40,127 nucleotides of DNA from a virus. Its lineage: Duplodnaviria > Caudoviricetes. Made by a program: the position numbers and the translations under genes. Below the pieces are notes generated by a model. It saw only the letters and a list, made by a program, of their open reading frames with translations, did not search any database and was not told the DNA's origin. Below, in pieces: positions 18,603 to 27,347 of the stretch. Where the stretch lies: the IMG/VR virus record IMGVR_UViG_3300017649_000003, positions 1 through 40,127 of that record; one strand, written 5' to 3'. Position 1 is the first letter of the stretch. The number at the start of each line of letters is the position of its first letter.

Positions 18603-18928
18603 TACGTCGGCACTCCTTCCTCGACCTGGAGCTCCATCTTGTCGTTGAGCTCGTTGACGTTGACAACCGCCCGGATCTGATAGGCCTTGCCCTTGTACAG
18701 AATCCGATGCTTGGGCGTGATGTCGTCCCGATATCGAACTACCAGCCGGTGGACCACCTCGGATTGCAACTGCATGGCCTGCAGGTGTTCGTACATGCGC
18801 TGGTGCTTCCAGTGCGCCCAAACGGAAAAGACTGTCTGCCAGGTCTTGACGAATCCGCCGCCGCCGTCAGGCGTGGTGATTTCCTCCTGAATCGCAATTC
18901 TGGAGTTCATGGGGCCCGCTCGCATCAC
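18602..18928 (-). CDS. Head closure (head-tail adaptor) protein
   Basis: MRAGPMNSRIAIQ...DGGGG...VWA...RYRDDIT..HRI. Confidence 0.88.
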   Translation of the reverse strand: MMRAGPMNSRIAIQEEITTPDGGGGFVKTWQTVFSVWAHWKHQRMYEHLQAMQLQSEVVHRLVVRYRDDITPKHRILYKGKAYQIRAVVNVNELNDKMELQVEEGVPT

Positions 18929-19269
18929 ACACCCATCTTCACGCGGTGGGGCATCAGCAGGTACTCGGCGCCAACCGGAACCTTGGCAAACGACACGCCG
19001 GCTGCCACGTCCTCACGGTTGGCGTATAGATGCCCCACGGTCAGCAGGATTGCCGCGCGGATCTGGTCATTGACCACCATCGGATCGTCGCCTGCCGTAC
19101 CGGCATTCGCTGCGGCATCGAGTTCGGCCTGATCCTCGTATACGTTCCGGCCTAGAAACGCTTGGGCCGACTGCTCTGCAGCGTTTATCCAGAGCGTAAT
19201 GAGGCTGTCTTCCTCTGTCTCGTCCACCCGCAGATGCAACCGCGCCTGCTCCAATGTCACCAGCGCCAT
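18925..19269 (-). CDS. Head-tail connector (gp6-like)
   Basis: VTLEQARLHLRVD...AILLTVGHLYANRE; TAATG coupling to the methyltransferase. Confidence 0.9.
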   Translation of the reverse strand: MALVTLEQARLHLRVDETEEDSLITLWINAAEQSAQAFLGRNVYEDQAELDAAANAGTAGDDPMVVNDQIRAAILLTVGHLYANREDVAAGVSFAKVPVGAEYLLMPHRVKMGV

Positions 19270-19922
19270 TACTGCCTCCGGAAGGCGTAGGAGCCTATGC
19301 CCTCTCGCCCAATCTCTGTTTCGACCGAGTTGCTTTCGGCGCACTCGAACCCCTGGGCTGCCATCCATCGGATGATGCCGTCATGGGTCCAGTACCAAAT
19401 GTGTTCGTTCTTGCGGAAGTGCTTGCTCCGCAGGCAGTGATCCGCACCTTCAAATATCGGGAGGGACACGAAGACCCATTCCCGCGCCTGCTGCACCGCC
19501 GCGCCCGGGTCCTGGATGTGTTCCAGGCTGTCCCAGAAGGTCAGCGCTGCGCACGTGCCGGCATACAGATCCTGGTACCAGCCTCGCTCGCGCAGCCACT
19601 CCACCCCGGCGGGGTTCACGTCGTACCCGAAGGTTTGGGGCCGCGCCTCCACAAACTGCCCGCAGCCGATTCCGACATCGAGCAAGAAGCCCTCGTAGTG
19701 CCGGGATACCAGATCCACCCGAGCCCGAGTCAGCGCACGGCCTATCTCGGTGTCAGCGTTCTCCCGATACTTGGCGAAGTACTCCGCGTCGTAGGGCATG
19801 TCCTCCGGCTTCACCGGGTAGTAACCCATCCCGTACTCGGGTAGCCAAACCAGGCCGGTGCTTGCCTGTTCCGAAAAGGCCCTGTCCATCCAGCCAGGCG
19901 CGGAAACCTTCGTCAAATCCAT
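19269..19922 (-). CDS. Class I SAM-dependent methyltransferase
   Basis: LLDVGIGCG (motif I), GYDVNP, FWDSLEHIQDP, EHIWYW; AAGGA SD. Confidence 0.85.
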   Translation of the reverse strand: MDLTKVSAPGWMDRAFSEQASTGLVWLPEYGMGYYPVKPEDMPYDAEYFAKYRENADTEIGRALTRARVDLVSRHYEGFLLDVGIGCGQFVEARPQTFGYDVNPAGVEWLRERGWYQDLYAGTCAALTFWDSLEHIQDPGAAVQQAREWVFVSLPIFEGADHCLRSKHFRKNEHIWYWTHDGIIRWMAAQGFECAESNSVETEIGREGIGSYAFRRQ

Positions 19923-21312
19923 GAATTTCCTTGTTGCAGCGGTGGAGCATGTTGGTGCACATGCACATCTTCATTGGCTCCGCCCAGCCCACCTTCGATA
20001 GATCCATCCACGGAGCCGTTAGCTTGGATCGGTGGTTATGCCCGCCCTGCCCACCGTGGATCACATAGAGGGGCGTTCCCGCCGCGATACATGCGGGCAC
20101 AATCCAGCCAACTCCCCCAACAACCACGTCTGCCGCCCGAATGGCGCCCAGCAGCTGAGTCACATCCCACTGCCCTCGGTGCAGCGCCAGGTCCGCCTTT
20201 GGCTCCGGCCCTACCAGCCATTCCTTCCCCGGCTCTAGGTCAGCCACAGACACGATGTAGTACCCGCGCCGCCTCAACTCAGCTATGGCCGCGTGCACAT
20301 ACTGCGGGTCTGGATTCCTGGCCGAGTTGTGCCACTCGGCCCGCTCTGTTACCGGCCTGACGATTGCTGTTGGCTTTCCCGGCCGCAACGGTGACCCGAA
20401 TCGGGGCAGATCGAAAGCCCCCGGCTTCACCCTAGACTGCCGTCGCATCGCGTCTAAGATCGATCCAATCGCCAGTTCGCGCGGCCCATATGCGACTCGA
20501 ACTCTCCTGGCCCCTGCGGGAGGGTTCACCCAGCGGACCCGCGAGCGCTCAGCGTTCTTGGCTTGCGTCCTTAGCTTCGTATTCGGCTTGACCATCTGAA
20601 GGTCGAGATCCGAGTACAGTTCCGGCCAGGGAGTGACCACATAGGCGCCGGGCATATTCTTCAGAAATGCCCGTTGGTAGATCGAATCCCCCAATCCCTG
20701 CATTCCGTCGACGACGACATCGCCTTTCGACGAACGAGGGCGAACCCCGCCCCGCCGTGCGCCAAGCGCTTCCTTCAATGGGATCCGCTCAAAGCAAGTC
20801 AGAGCGGTGTCCCGCGTGCAATTCACAATCGCCACATCTCTAAGACGCGAGGCGAGCTGCGTGAACTGCGCGGGCCAGTCTTTCACCCCCCCGGCATTTC
20901 CGAGCCCTTTGGGGTGGTCTTCATGCCAGTGCGCCCGACCACCTGTCAGTTGGCAGTCGTACCCGAGAAGAATGATCTTCCTGGCACCCCAATGCGCGGC
21001 TAGCGATATCGCCCCAACCCCGGAGTTCTTCCCCCGGTTAAATATCTCTCGCCGAACGCCTGGATAGCGCAGCGGCGCCCACCTCTCTCCAGTAAACGTC
21101 TTTTCGGCCTCTTCGCCGTACTGATCCCACCATACCTTGTCCATGGCGTACAAGACGTCCGCCCATGGCACCATCCGGAACGTGGTGTTCGTTACGATTA
21201 CTCCGCGGCCTTTTTCCGCCTTCCGCCACGCTTTGACGGCTGCGCAATCGTCTGCGGTAAGACTTGGGCCGCTGGCGATGCAGACAACGGTGTGCCAGCG
21301 GCCTGCAGAGGG
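19753..21312 (-). CDS. Tandem glycosyltransferase-like protein (Maf/sialyltransferase-like + GT9-like); probably expressed by -1 frameshift
   Basis: Domain 1: VCIASGPSL, VIVTN, NSG..AISLA..WGARKIILLGYD, HWH, IVNCT. Domain 2: GMQGLGD, AIRAADVVVG..GWIVPACIAAGTP, C-terminal Cys cluster. No usable start codon before domain 1. Confidence 0.75.
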   Translation of the reverse strand, partial: PSAGRWHTVVCIASGPSLTADDCAAVKAWRKAEKGRGVIVTNTTFRMVPWADVLYAMDKVWWDQYGEEAEKTFTGERWAPLRYPGVRREIFNRGKNSGVGAISLAAHWGARKIILLGYDCQLTGGRAHWHEDHPKGLGNAGGVKDWPAQFTQLASRLRDVAIVNCTRDTALTCFERIPLKEALGARRGGVRPRSSKGDVVVDGMQGLGDSIYQRAFLKNMPGAYVVTPWPELYSDLDLQMVKPNTKLRTQAKNAERSRVRWVNPPAGARRVRVAYGPRELAIGSILDAMRRQSRVKPGAFDLPRFGSPLRPGKPTAIVRPVTERAEWHNSARNPDPQYVHAAIAELRRRGYYIVSVADLEPGKEWLVGPEPKADLALHRGQWDVTQLLGAIRAADVVVGGVGWIVPACIAAGTPLYVIHGGQGGHNHRSKLTAPWMDLSKVGWAEPMKMCMCTNMLHRCNKEIHGFDEGFRAWLDGQGLFGTGKHRPGLATRVRDGLLPGEAGGHALRRGVLRQVSGER

Positions 21313-21446
21313 ACATCGCCTTCCGTAAGCATGGCGAGCCCGCGCCGCACAAGCTCTTTTGCCTGAATCTCGCTGACTTCGAACTCGTCTCCTGGACGCC
21401 TTACTCCGCCATGCATGAACGACGATCGAGCAGTGACCATCACCAT
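21198..21446 (-). CDS. Small post-capsid protein (putative capsid-associated)
   Basis: GGAG SD; RRPGDEFEVS...AKELVRRGLA motif typical of short genes after HK97-type capsids. Confidence 0.75.
   Translation of the reverse strand: MVMVTARSSFMHGGVRRPGDEFEVSEIQAKELVRRGLAMLTEGDVPLQAAGTPLSASPAAQVLPQTIAQPSKRGGRRKKAAE
21247..21312 (-). promoter_or_regulatory. Putative -1 frameshift signal: C-CCT + H-type pseudoknot
   Basis: Stem 1 GGCCGCTGGC/GCCAGCGGCC (21303-21294 / 21276-21267); stem 2 GTTGTCTGC/GCAGACGAT (21288-21280 / 21255-21247); 5-nt spacer. Confidence 0.65.
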
Positions 21447-21458
21447 TGAGGTTCTCCG

Positions 21459-21483
21459 ATAAAGGCGGGGCCGAAGCCCCGCC
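21459..21483 (-). terminator. Hairpin after the capsid stop (weak terminator or stability element)
   Basis: GGCGGGGC-TTCG-GCCCCGCC-TTTAT. Confidence 0.65.
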
Positions 21484-21489
21484 CACGCC

Positions 21490-22695
21490 TTAGGCCGAAA
21501 CCGGCAAACCGTCGAAGTCGCCCTTGACGAACGACTCAGGACGGTAGACCGACAGGCCCACGCGCTCTTCGCACAGGATGGTGACCATGTTCTTCACGAA
21601 GTTGTCACGGTCTTCGGTCGAAACCGTCACCGAAACGTCCTCGCGGTCCCAACCCTGCGCGCCCTGCTGGAACGCACCGACCAGGAAGTCGCCAGCATCC
21701 ATCGCCTTGGTCGGAACGACCGGGCGGCCCCACAAGCCAGGGGTAGCCAGGCCGGTAGGAGTGGCGAACAGGTAGGCGTTGTCCGTGGTCTTGGTCAGCT
21801 CGATAGCCGCCCAATCGATCGGGCTGAGCACGATGCCGTCGGCGTCGAATTCGGCCAGAGTCACCTGCAGCAGAGCCAGGCGGAGACGGTCAATCGCGGT
21901 TTCGGCTTGAACCGTCACGCCCGGGTTGACGTAAGTCGTCGCCTGCGTATAGATGCCGTTCAGGTTCAGGCCAACGCCCGAGCCCTTCAGAAGCTGCGCT
22001 TCCTCCTTCAGCTTCAGGCCATAGCGCAGGCGCCCGTCGATGTAGCTGGCAAGCATGGCAGCATCCGACAGGACTTGACGCGAGGCGCGCACCCAGTGGG
22101 CGATCGTGGCAACCGGATCGGTGTCCAGTTCAAACGTCAGGTCCGATTCCGGCTTCGGGTTGGCCGGGTTTTCCGAAACGACGTCGGCGTTGTTGGTGAA
22201 GCCGGACTCCCGGACGTACTCAATGCTGTTGGAAGTCGTGCGACCCCACGACAGCAAGTCACGGATGAACAGACGCTGCTGAACCGGCTGGATCAGGCCA
22301 ACTCGGGTAGGCTGAATCAGTTCACCTGCCGAGGTGTCCAGGCTGGTGACCGCCGCCTTCACCGGGACAGAGAAGCTGCCCTTAGCGCCACCGGCAGCCT
22401 TGGCCGCGAACGCATCGAAGCCGTCAGCTGCGATGAACTCTTCGCCCATCGACTTGGGCCGACCGGCTCCGCCGCCGCCCTCCATCTTGACAATCAGCTG
22501 CTCCGCAGCTTGCAGGCGAGCTTGCAGTTCGCCTTGCTGCACCAGCAGTTTGTCGACAGAGGCCTTGGTTTCTTCGGAGAGCTTGGCGTGGGCCTTGATC
22601 TCTTGCTGCGACTGCTCGGCGTAACGCTTCAGGTCGTCGCCAACCTGCTTCAGATCTGCTTGAACCTGCTTGTATTCCTGTTCAATTGCGCTCAT
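21490..22695 (-). CDS. Major capsid protein, HK97 fold
   Basis: Coiled-coil delta domain; TIAHWVRASRQVLSD...LLKGSG; FVKNMVTILCEER. Confidence 0.95.
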   Translation of the reverse strand: MSAIEQEYKQVQADLKQVGDDLKRYAEQSQQEIKAHAKLSEETKASVDKLLVQQGELQARLQAAEQLIVKMEGGGGAGRPKSMGEEFIAADGFDAFAAKAAGGAKGSFSVPVKAAVTSLDTSAGELIQPTRVGLIQPVQQRLFIRDLLSWGRTTSNSIEYVRESGFTNNADVVSENPANPKPESDLTFELDTDPVATIAHWVRASRQVLSDAAMLASYIDGRLRYGLKLKEEAQLLKGSGVGLNLNGIYTQATTYVNPGVTVQAETAIDRLRLALLQVTLAEFDADGIVLSPIDWAAIELTKTTDNAYLFATPTGLATPGLWGRPVVPTKAMDAGDFLVGAFQQGAQGWDREDVSVTVSTEDRDNFVKNMVTILCEERVGLSVYRPESFVKGDFDGLPVSA

Positions 22696-22706
22696 CGCAA
22701 TTACTC

Positions 22707-23576
22707 CTATATCTGTGGAACTTCGAACTTTGTTCGGGGCATGGGCCCCACCGATGCAACTACGGCTGAATCGCTCAGGCCGTGTTCGGTGGAATCGCGC
22801 CCACCGCTGCCAGCCGAATCCCTCAGGCTGGACTTAAATTCGTAGATCAGGCGCTGCGCCTCGCTACGGGGCATGCCCGAGCTGCGCAGAGCCGCCTCCA
22901 GCCTGCGCACGGCAGCAGCGCTCGCTTTGGCTTCACCTTGGGATACTTGATCGGACGGCAGAAGCTCGTCAGCGAACCCACCGTCAATTGCTGCGCTGCC
23001 GCCTATCCAGGATTCGGCGTCCATCAGCTTCTGCATCTCAACCACCGGTCGCCCGGTCCGCGCGGCATAGATGTCCGCCATCGCCGCGTCAAACGGCGCC
23101 AACGTGTCAGCGGTGGCCTGCAGGTCGTGGCGATTCCCAACAGCCATAACCCAGCAGTTGTGGATCATCAGGAACCCGGCGCGTGCAATCTGCACTGTGT
23201 CCCCCGCCATAGCGATGACAGACGCAGCCGAGGCCGCAAGGCCAAGTACCTTCACCGTCACCTCGCCGTCGTGTTCGCGAAGCAGGTTGTAGATGGCCAT
23301 GCCCTCGAACATGTCGCCGCCCGGCGAATTGATGTTCACCGTCACCGGACCCGCGCCAATGCTGCGCAATGCCCCGGCAATCCGCTTGGCCGTCACGCCT
23401 TCCCCGGTCCACCAGTCTGTGCCGATGACGTCAAAAACGCTGATGCTGCGATCGTCGCCGTCCGCTGCCGCTTGGATGCCGGTGTTCCAGCGGTCCAACG
23501 CCCGGGGCAGCAGCTGGCCCGCCACGCCCGCGCAGGGGCTTCCCGACGGAGCAGTCGGCAAAGTTTTCAAAGACAT
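22707..23576 (-). CDS. ClpP-like head maturation protease
   Basis: INSPGGDMFEG, GLAASAASVIAMAGD, LMIHN. Confidence 0.93.
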   Translation of the reverse strand: MSLKTLPTAPSGSPCAGVAGQLLPRALDRWNTGIQAAADGDDRSISVFDVIGTDWWTGEGVTAKRIAGALRSIGAGPVTVNINSPGGDMFEGMAIYNLLREHDGEVTVKVLGLAASAASVIAMAGDTVQIARAGFLMIHNCWVMAVGNRHDLQATADTLAPFDAAMADIYAARTGRPVVEMQKLMDAESWIGGSAAIDGGFADELLPSDQVSQGEAKASAAAVRRLEAALRSSGMPRSEAQRLIYEFKSSLRDSAGSGGRDSTEHGLSDSAVVASVGPMPRTKFEVPQI

Positions 23577-23580
23577 ATGC

Positions 23581-24813
23581 TTACCCTTCCTGGGATTGGT
23601 TCACGCCCAGTTGATTGATGGGCACGAGTGCCGTCTGAACGGTCAGAACATCAGCGTTGCCACCCATCGGCGGCAGGTTCTCGAGACGACGCACTTCATC
23701 GCGCGTCATGATCCCGTTGTTGACCATCGTGGATTCGTACTGAGCGCGAGCCGCACTATCCGCGCGCAGAAGACCCTCAACACTAAATTCAGCGTAGTAA
23801 CGGGTCTGGTCGTATGGGGCGAGCAGATCCTTGTTGATGGCCTGCTCTATGCGGGTCAGCCAGGGGCGCAGGGTGAACGTCAAAAAGCCGATCATCTGCT
23901 GCTCAATGCCAGTTCCCCAGCTGGTCGAGTTGCTCGTGTGCCCGACCATGTGAGGCGGAACCCTGAACCAACGGCAGAGTTCCTCCACGCCAAACTGCCG
24001 GGACTCGATCAGCTGGGCATCTTTCGGGTTGATGCCAATCGTCTTGGCGTCAATTCCGCCCTCAAGAACCGGCGACTTGCCTGCATTGATCGCCCCGCTG
24101 ATGAGCTCGATCGATTTCCGGAAGTCGTCCCGTTGCTCCGGCTTGAGCACCCGGTCGACGGTGAACGCCACGGTCGGCGCCAGGCCCTTTTCGAAAGTGC
24201 TATTCGCAGCCGACGAAGCAGCCAGGGCAGATCCGAAAACGCTCGATCCGTACTCGATGACGCTCACCCCCCAGTCCCCGTCTAGGGTGAAGCCTGGGAT
24301 CCGAAAGATCCTGCTTTCTGGAATCTCCCTTTGCTCGCCGTCGCGCTCCGTATAACGGAACCGCCTGTTTCCCTTGATGTCGCGAGAAATGGCCAGCCGA
24401 CCGGGCACTAGGAACTCCAGCGCCACCAGCCGAGTCCCGATGTACTTCTTCTCTGCGAAGCCATTGCCGCGCAGCAGCATCGAGGCGATCACCGCCTCCC
24501 AGAACACAGCCGCGGTCGAATCCGTGTTTGGTCGGGAATGGATGATCGTGTAGATCGGGTGCCCTTCCGCGCTCACGCGCCCGCCCCCCGACCGCAAGTA
24601 CAACCCCAACGGCAACGTTGAAATCGTTTCAGATATCAAGCGCGTGCAGGCCCAGACGGTAGACAGCTGCAGGGCGGTCTTCTCGTTGACCTGCTGCCCG
24701 GCAGCGGAGACCCCGAATTGCGACCAGAAGTCAGCGTCAGTCAGGCCTATGGGCACCCCAAGCCAGTCCAACAGCGCGGCCCTGATGCGACCGGGCTTTG
24801 TCTTGGTTTTCAT
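23581..24813 (-). CDS. Portal protein, HK97 family
   Basis: STVWACTRLISETISTLP; FRVPPHMVG..SWGTGIEQQ; GIMTRDEVR. Confidence 0.95.
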   Translation of the reverse strand: MKTKTKPGRIRAALLDWLGVPIGLTDADFWSQFGVSAAGQQVNEKTALQLSTVWACTRLISETISTLPLGLYLRSGGGRVSAEGHPIYTIIHSRPNTDSTAAVFWEAVIASMLLRGNGFAEKKYIGTRLVALEFLVPGRLAISRDIKGNRRFRYTERDGEQREIPESRIFRIPGFTLDGDWGVSVIEYGSSVFGSALAASSAANSTFEKGLAPTVAFTVDRVLKPEQRDDFRKSIELISGAINAGKSPVLEGGIDAKTIGINPKDAQLIESRQFGVEELCRWFRVPPHMVGHTSNSTSWGTGIEQQMIGFLTFTLRPWLTRIEQAINKDLLAPYDQTRYYAEFSVEGLLRADSAARAQYESTMVNNGIMTRDEVRRLENLPPMGGNADVLTVQTALVPINQLGVNQSQEG

Positions 24814-26339
24814 ACGATGATGGGATCCCTGAGAAAGTCGGTGAAGTCGTCTTCGGCCTCTACCTCGTTTGGCATCGCGCCCACCGCCATGGCGAGCGCC
24901 ACCATGCCGTCGATGCGGCCTGACACCTTCGATTTCGTGAATTTCCTGTTACCGGCTGGGTCCGACACCGCAACCGCATTGGCGGCGCACATCGTCAACA
25001 CCGGGTGATTGCCGTGGCGCAGCTTCTTCGCCAGCAGCTTGCTTTCCAGCTCGCGCAGGGCTGGGCTCATCGATACGAAGCCCTGACCGAACTCCACGAA
25101 CCGCTCCAGCTCTTCTTCGTCAAACCCGACGCGCTCAAGCCAGGGCCGCAGGAACCGCATGTTGTAGCGGTCGAAGGCCAGCGCCCGAACGTCGTAGGTA
25201 TCGAACACCTCGCGCAGGTGATGCGCGATGAATTCGTACTCGATTGCCCGTCCCGGTGTCGTCAGAAGCAGGCCGTCCTGCGCCCACACGTCATACGGCA
25301 CCCGGTCGTTACGGGACTTCTCTTCCAGCCCTTCCCCGGGCAGCCAGAAGGTCGGGTAGACATCCCCTGCCTCCGACACCAGAACCAGCGCCGTCAGGTC
25401 AGACACGCTCGACAAGTCCAGCCCGCCGTACACCGTCTGCCTGCCCGCTGGCTCGGGCGCTGCCCCGTTCTCCAGCCAGATCGCCCTGGAAATGAATGGG
25501 TTACTCGCTTCTACCCGCTGGTTCAAGATCAGGTTGCGGTACGACGCTTCTCGGCTCGGCAGACGCTTGGCATCCGCCGCTTGCCGGCGCACCTCATCCT
25601 TGTTCATGAAGTCGTCGTAGTGCGGGTTAGCGGCCCGGATCGCTTCTTCCGAGAACGGATCCAGATCCATTGGCGCCGTGTGCAGCACCACCTTCTGCCT
25701 CGGGTCAGCGCCGGTCAATGCGTCGTCGATCAACAGGCTCAGCAGGTCCGCATCGGTCGGCGCCTGCGTGCTGATCACGATCGACAGCGGCGACTCCTGA
25801 GCCGCACTTGCCGTTTCCAGCGCCTCGTACAGTTCGAACCTTGGCCCGCGAACCTGCCCCAGCTCGTCATGGATCGTCAGTACCGGGCTCAGGCCGTAGG
25901 CGGTACTTGCCTCCGCTGACAGCGCCCTGTACAGCGTCCCCATTTCGGGGCAGAACAGCTGCTTGGCCGTGTCGCGGATTACCACGTACTGCGACAGGTC
26001 CGGCGACATCCGCACTACCTTCGCCGCCAGGGCAAACAGAATCGCCGCCTGCTCCCGCGACTGCGCCGCGCTGTAGAGCTGGCTGTTCGGCTTCGCCTCC
26101 GGCCCGCACAGGTGCAGCAGTAGCAGGAACGCTGACAACGCCGTCTTGGCGTTCTTCCGAGCCATGCTCAGAATGAACATCCGCGTCGGCGTGTCGTAGA
26201 TCTGCTTGATCCACTTCCGCTGATGCTTCGTCAGCTTGACCGGCTTGCCTACCAGCTTCCCTTCAGGGATGCGGCAGTACTGCTCGATCCACTGGATGTT
26301 GCGGTCGCCACGCGTCAAACGTCGATCGGCGCTTCCCAC
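24810..26339 (-). CDS. Terminase large subunit
   Basis: Walker A MARKNAKT, Walker B TIHDE, GGLDLS, RIDGMVALAMA. Confidence 0.95.
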   Translation of the reverse strand: MGSADRRLTRGDRNIQWIEQYCRIPEGKLVGKPVKLTKHQRKWIKQIYDTPTRMFILSMARKNAKTALSAFLLLLHLCGPEAKPNSQLYSAAQSREQAAILFALAAKVVRMSPDLSQYVVIRDTAKQLFCPEMGTLYRALSAEASTAYGLSPVLTIHDELGQVRGPRFELYEALETASAAQESPLSIVISTQAPTDADLLSLLIDDALTGADPRQKVVLHTAPMDLDPFSEEAIRAANPHYDDFMNKDEVRRQAADAKRLPSREASYRNLILNQRVEASNPFISRAIWLENGAAPEPAGRQTVYGGLDLSSVSDLTALVLVSEAGDVYPTFWLPGEGLEEKSRNDRVPYDVWAQDGLLLTTPGRAIEYEFIAHHLREVFDTYDVRALAFDRYNMRFLRPWLERVGFDEEELERFVEFGQGFVSMSPALRELESKLLAKKLRHGNHPVLTMCAANAVAVSDPAGNRKFTKSKVSGRIDGMVALAMAVGAMPNEVEAEDDFTDFLRDPIIV

Positions 26340-26764
26340 GGCTTCCTTGCCCGCGCCTGACGAGCGTTCGCCCGCCCTGCGGTAGTCGGGTGATCCACCG
26401 CCTGCCGGGTGATGCGCAGCCTGGTTGCCAGCGACGACGCCGCTCGCCCTTCCCGCTCTTGCATCGCCAGCAGACGGTCATACCGCTTCAGGCCGTCGTC
26501 ATCCGCCAGCCAGGCGCGGTCGAAGTTCATGATTTCTTCGGCCAAGATCCGGGACTGCACGATATGACGGCAGTACTGCTCCAGAAGCGGGCCATGTGTC
26601 GGAGTGAAGGCTGAGGCCGGCTGATCGTTGACGACCTCCAGCCAGACGGCCCGCTCCGCATCAGTCAGATGCACGGGCGCCGGGAGACGGTCCGCGCTGG
26701 CAACAGGCGCAACTTGGGCCACGACAGTCATTTCCGCTGTCGACTTACGGCCCCGAGTGCCCAT
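26315..26764 (-). CDS. Terminase small subunit
   Basis: MGTRGRKS...APVHL..ERAVW...LATRLRIT; upstream of TerL. Confidence 0.85.
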   Translation of the reverse strand: MGTRGRKSTAEMTVVAQVAPVASADRLPAPVHLTDAERAVWLEVVNDQPASAFTPTHGPLLEQYCRHIVQSRILAEEIMNFDRAWLADDDGLKRYDRLLAMQEREGRAASSLATRLRITRQAVDHPTTAGRANARQARARKPWEAPIDV

Positions 26765-27180
26765 CCCTGCCTACCTGTTGTTAACTTTTCGCGTTCCCGA
26801 TTTCGGCTTTTTTCTTCACGTTTATGAAAAGAAAGCCCCCCACGCGGTTTTCGGGCCCCCATCGCCCGACTTTTCCCCCGCCCCTCCCCGGATTTTTCTC
26901 CGGAATCGAGCGGCCAACCGTCGAGCCCGATGTACTGTCGATACCGCCTACCCAGGTCCTCTGCCGTCTTGACCTCATGGCAGGCATGGCATAGCACCTG
27001 CAGGTTCTCGTCCTCATTTGACCCGCCCTTGTGGACTGGGGCTATGTGATCCAGTTCGAACCCGCTCGGATAATCAGTCAGCGTCCTGCACCTGGCGCAA
27101 CGTGGGTCGCGTGCCCATATCCTCAGCCTGGTCTGCTGGAGCTTCCTGCCCCTTAGCCGATCCTCGCTTGGTTCGCTCAC
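26728..27180 (-). CDS. HNH endonuclease (HK97 gp74-like terminase cofactor)
   Basis: CARC...ELDHIAPVHKGGSNEDENLQVLCHACHEVKT...GLDGWP; upstream of TerS. Confidence 0.85.
   Translation of the reverse strand: MSEPSEDRLRGRKLQQTRLRIWARDPRCARCRTLTDYPSGFELDHIAPVHKGGSNEDENLQVLCHACHEVKTAEDLGRRYRQYIGLDGWPLDSGEKSGEGRGKSRAMGARKPRGGLSFHKREEKSRNREREKLTTGRQGWALGAVSRQRK
26800..26900. other. Probable cos region
   Basis: Position between the gp74-like HNH core and TerS; G-runs and ACCGCGTGGGGGG on the - strand; exact cut site not determinable. Confidence 0.4.
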
Positions 27181-27262
27181 GCCTTTCTCTTTCCATGCGC
27201 TGGAGCTTGCGCCATTGGGCTACTAGCCACTCCCTGCGCTTCTGGCATCCAGTGCATTGCAT
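27074..27262 (-). CDS. Small hypothetical protein
   Basis: MQCTGCQKRREWL...; overlaps the HNH start. Confidence 0.4.
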   Translation of the reverse strand: MQCTGCQKRREWLVAQWRKLQRMERERRERTKRGSAKGQEAPADQAEDMGTRPTLRQVQDAD

Positions 27263-27347
27263 GTCTCTGTGCCCTGCCGCAATTAGGATGCGGGCCACAT
27301 ACCTGGAGATAAGGGCTATGCCCACCGATTGCGGCTGCGGCCTTAAC

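Noticed and set aside
19269-19922. DNA methyltransferase
   Set aside because: No DPPY/NPPY or PC catalytic motif; it resembles small-molecule/sugar methyltransferases
19753-19922. Second frameshift fusing the GT to the methyltransferase
   Set aside because: The methyltransferase has its own ATG with an AAGGA SD; the 170-nt overlap needs no recoding
21484-21492. The GT ORF is in the same frame as the major capsid, separated by a single TAA (possible readthrough fusion)
   Set aside because: TAA is the least leaky stop, the ~60 intervening codons look like the off-frame of the small gene, and a slip site plus pseudoknot explains expression better; not fully excluded
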